Shown here one piece after another: positions 63,308 through 64,000 of a stretch of DNA of 64,000 nt. This stretch comes from Asterias rubens. Taxonomy: Eukaryota. Both the position numbers and the translations under genes were made by a program. Position 1 is the first letter of the stretch. The number at the start of each line of letters is the position of its first letter. The notes under the pieces are model-generated. The model was not told the DNA's origin and did not search any database. It worked only from the letters and a program-made list of their open reading frames with translations. The stretch spans positions 32,178,001 to 32,242,000 of the forward strand of contig NC_047062.1 in assembly GCF_902459465.1 (NCBI RefSeq), written 5' to 3'.

Positions 63308-64000
63308 TCATTGCTCAAGTCTGGCAAGAATTCACAAGTGAAGACAAATCTAAGACCGATTTTAGTTGAATGGTCATCAGTGACTGCAGACAATGATGTC
63401 AACCATCCACCTTCCACTTCATCCACTACAACCCACCTTCCAACCCATCATCCCATTCCCTCTGGTAGCATGTCTTGATTCACGCTCTTCTTTGTCCCCT
63501 AGGAAGCGTCGGACGATGCCTGGTAAGTTTCCTTGATCCGTGGTGTGGCCTGAGGATGTTGTGTATCTGCGGGGTTGTCTGACGATCTTCTTGACTTTGT
63601 CGCCCTGATGGGAAACCACTGCGGAGATCTCATGCAATTAGCCATTTTAAGGTATGGTGGACACATAGGGCCTACTCAATAGACCAATCCGACAAAACGA
63701 AATTGGTCTGTGAGTTTGTGCGTGTGGGTGTGTGTGCATGCACCATATAAATCAAACCAGGAACGCTGCATGCTTCATTGACATACGGGTTTCAACGCGC
63801 ATACGGCCTGTCCCACAGTATGGCCACTGTCATAGCAACAAAGGGAAATGGGTTATTCGATACAGTCCATATAGGGCACTATTTGGTTTGGGTAAATTTG
63901 TCTGAAAACACCCAAACCGGTGTACTCTCGCTGCGTTTTCACTTTGATGCAGCGCGCGGAACCCTTTCTCAAAGTCTGCAGTGCTTGACTGGAAGCTCAG

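Noticed and set aside
63419-63637. Minus-strand 72-aa ORF at the window end
   Set aside because: No recognisable domain or splice context; probably PPM1 3' UTR or a retroelement remnant.

Overview
Eukaryotic, AT-rich, intron-rich animal DNA. A deuterostome invertebrate, plausibly an echinoderm, is my inference from protein style and repeat content and is unverified. Four conserved multi-exon genes could be rebuilt by hand with GT-AG junctions and consistent phases: COQ8/ADCK3-4 (minus, 1726-10583), RIOX1/NO66 (plus, 29472-42424, first exon unresolved), MCFD2 (minus, 45871-47909) and PPM1A/B (plus, 56626 to about 63307). The unusual part lies between COQ8 and RIOX1 (12.2-29.5 kb). Two tandem, spliced, pogo/Fot-like transposase-derived genes each sit behind a copy of a duplicated bidirectional promoter/first-exon module. 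Copy A encodes 12 tandem pipsqueak-type HTH domains, then one in-frame TAA, a CENP-B-type HTH and a DD35D domain, plus a decayed PHD-finger exon split by a MITE. Copy B has lost its ATG and has a frameshifted DDE. It carries a CpG-rich 35-bp satellite in intron 1 and shares a 128-bp near-identical, conversion-like tract with copy A. Introns hold many MITEs, tRNA-derived SINEs, L2 and L1 fragments, and fold-back repeats with Penelope-type minimal hammerhead motifs. There is no CRISPR array, rRNA or convincing tRNA gene.
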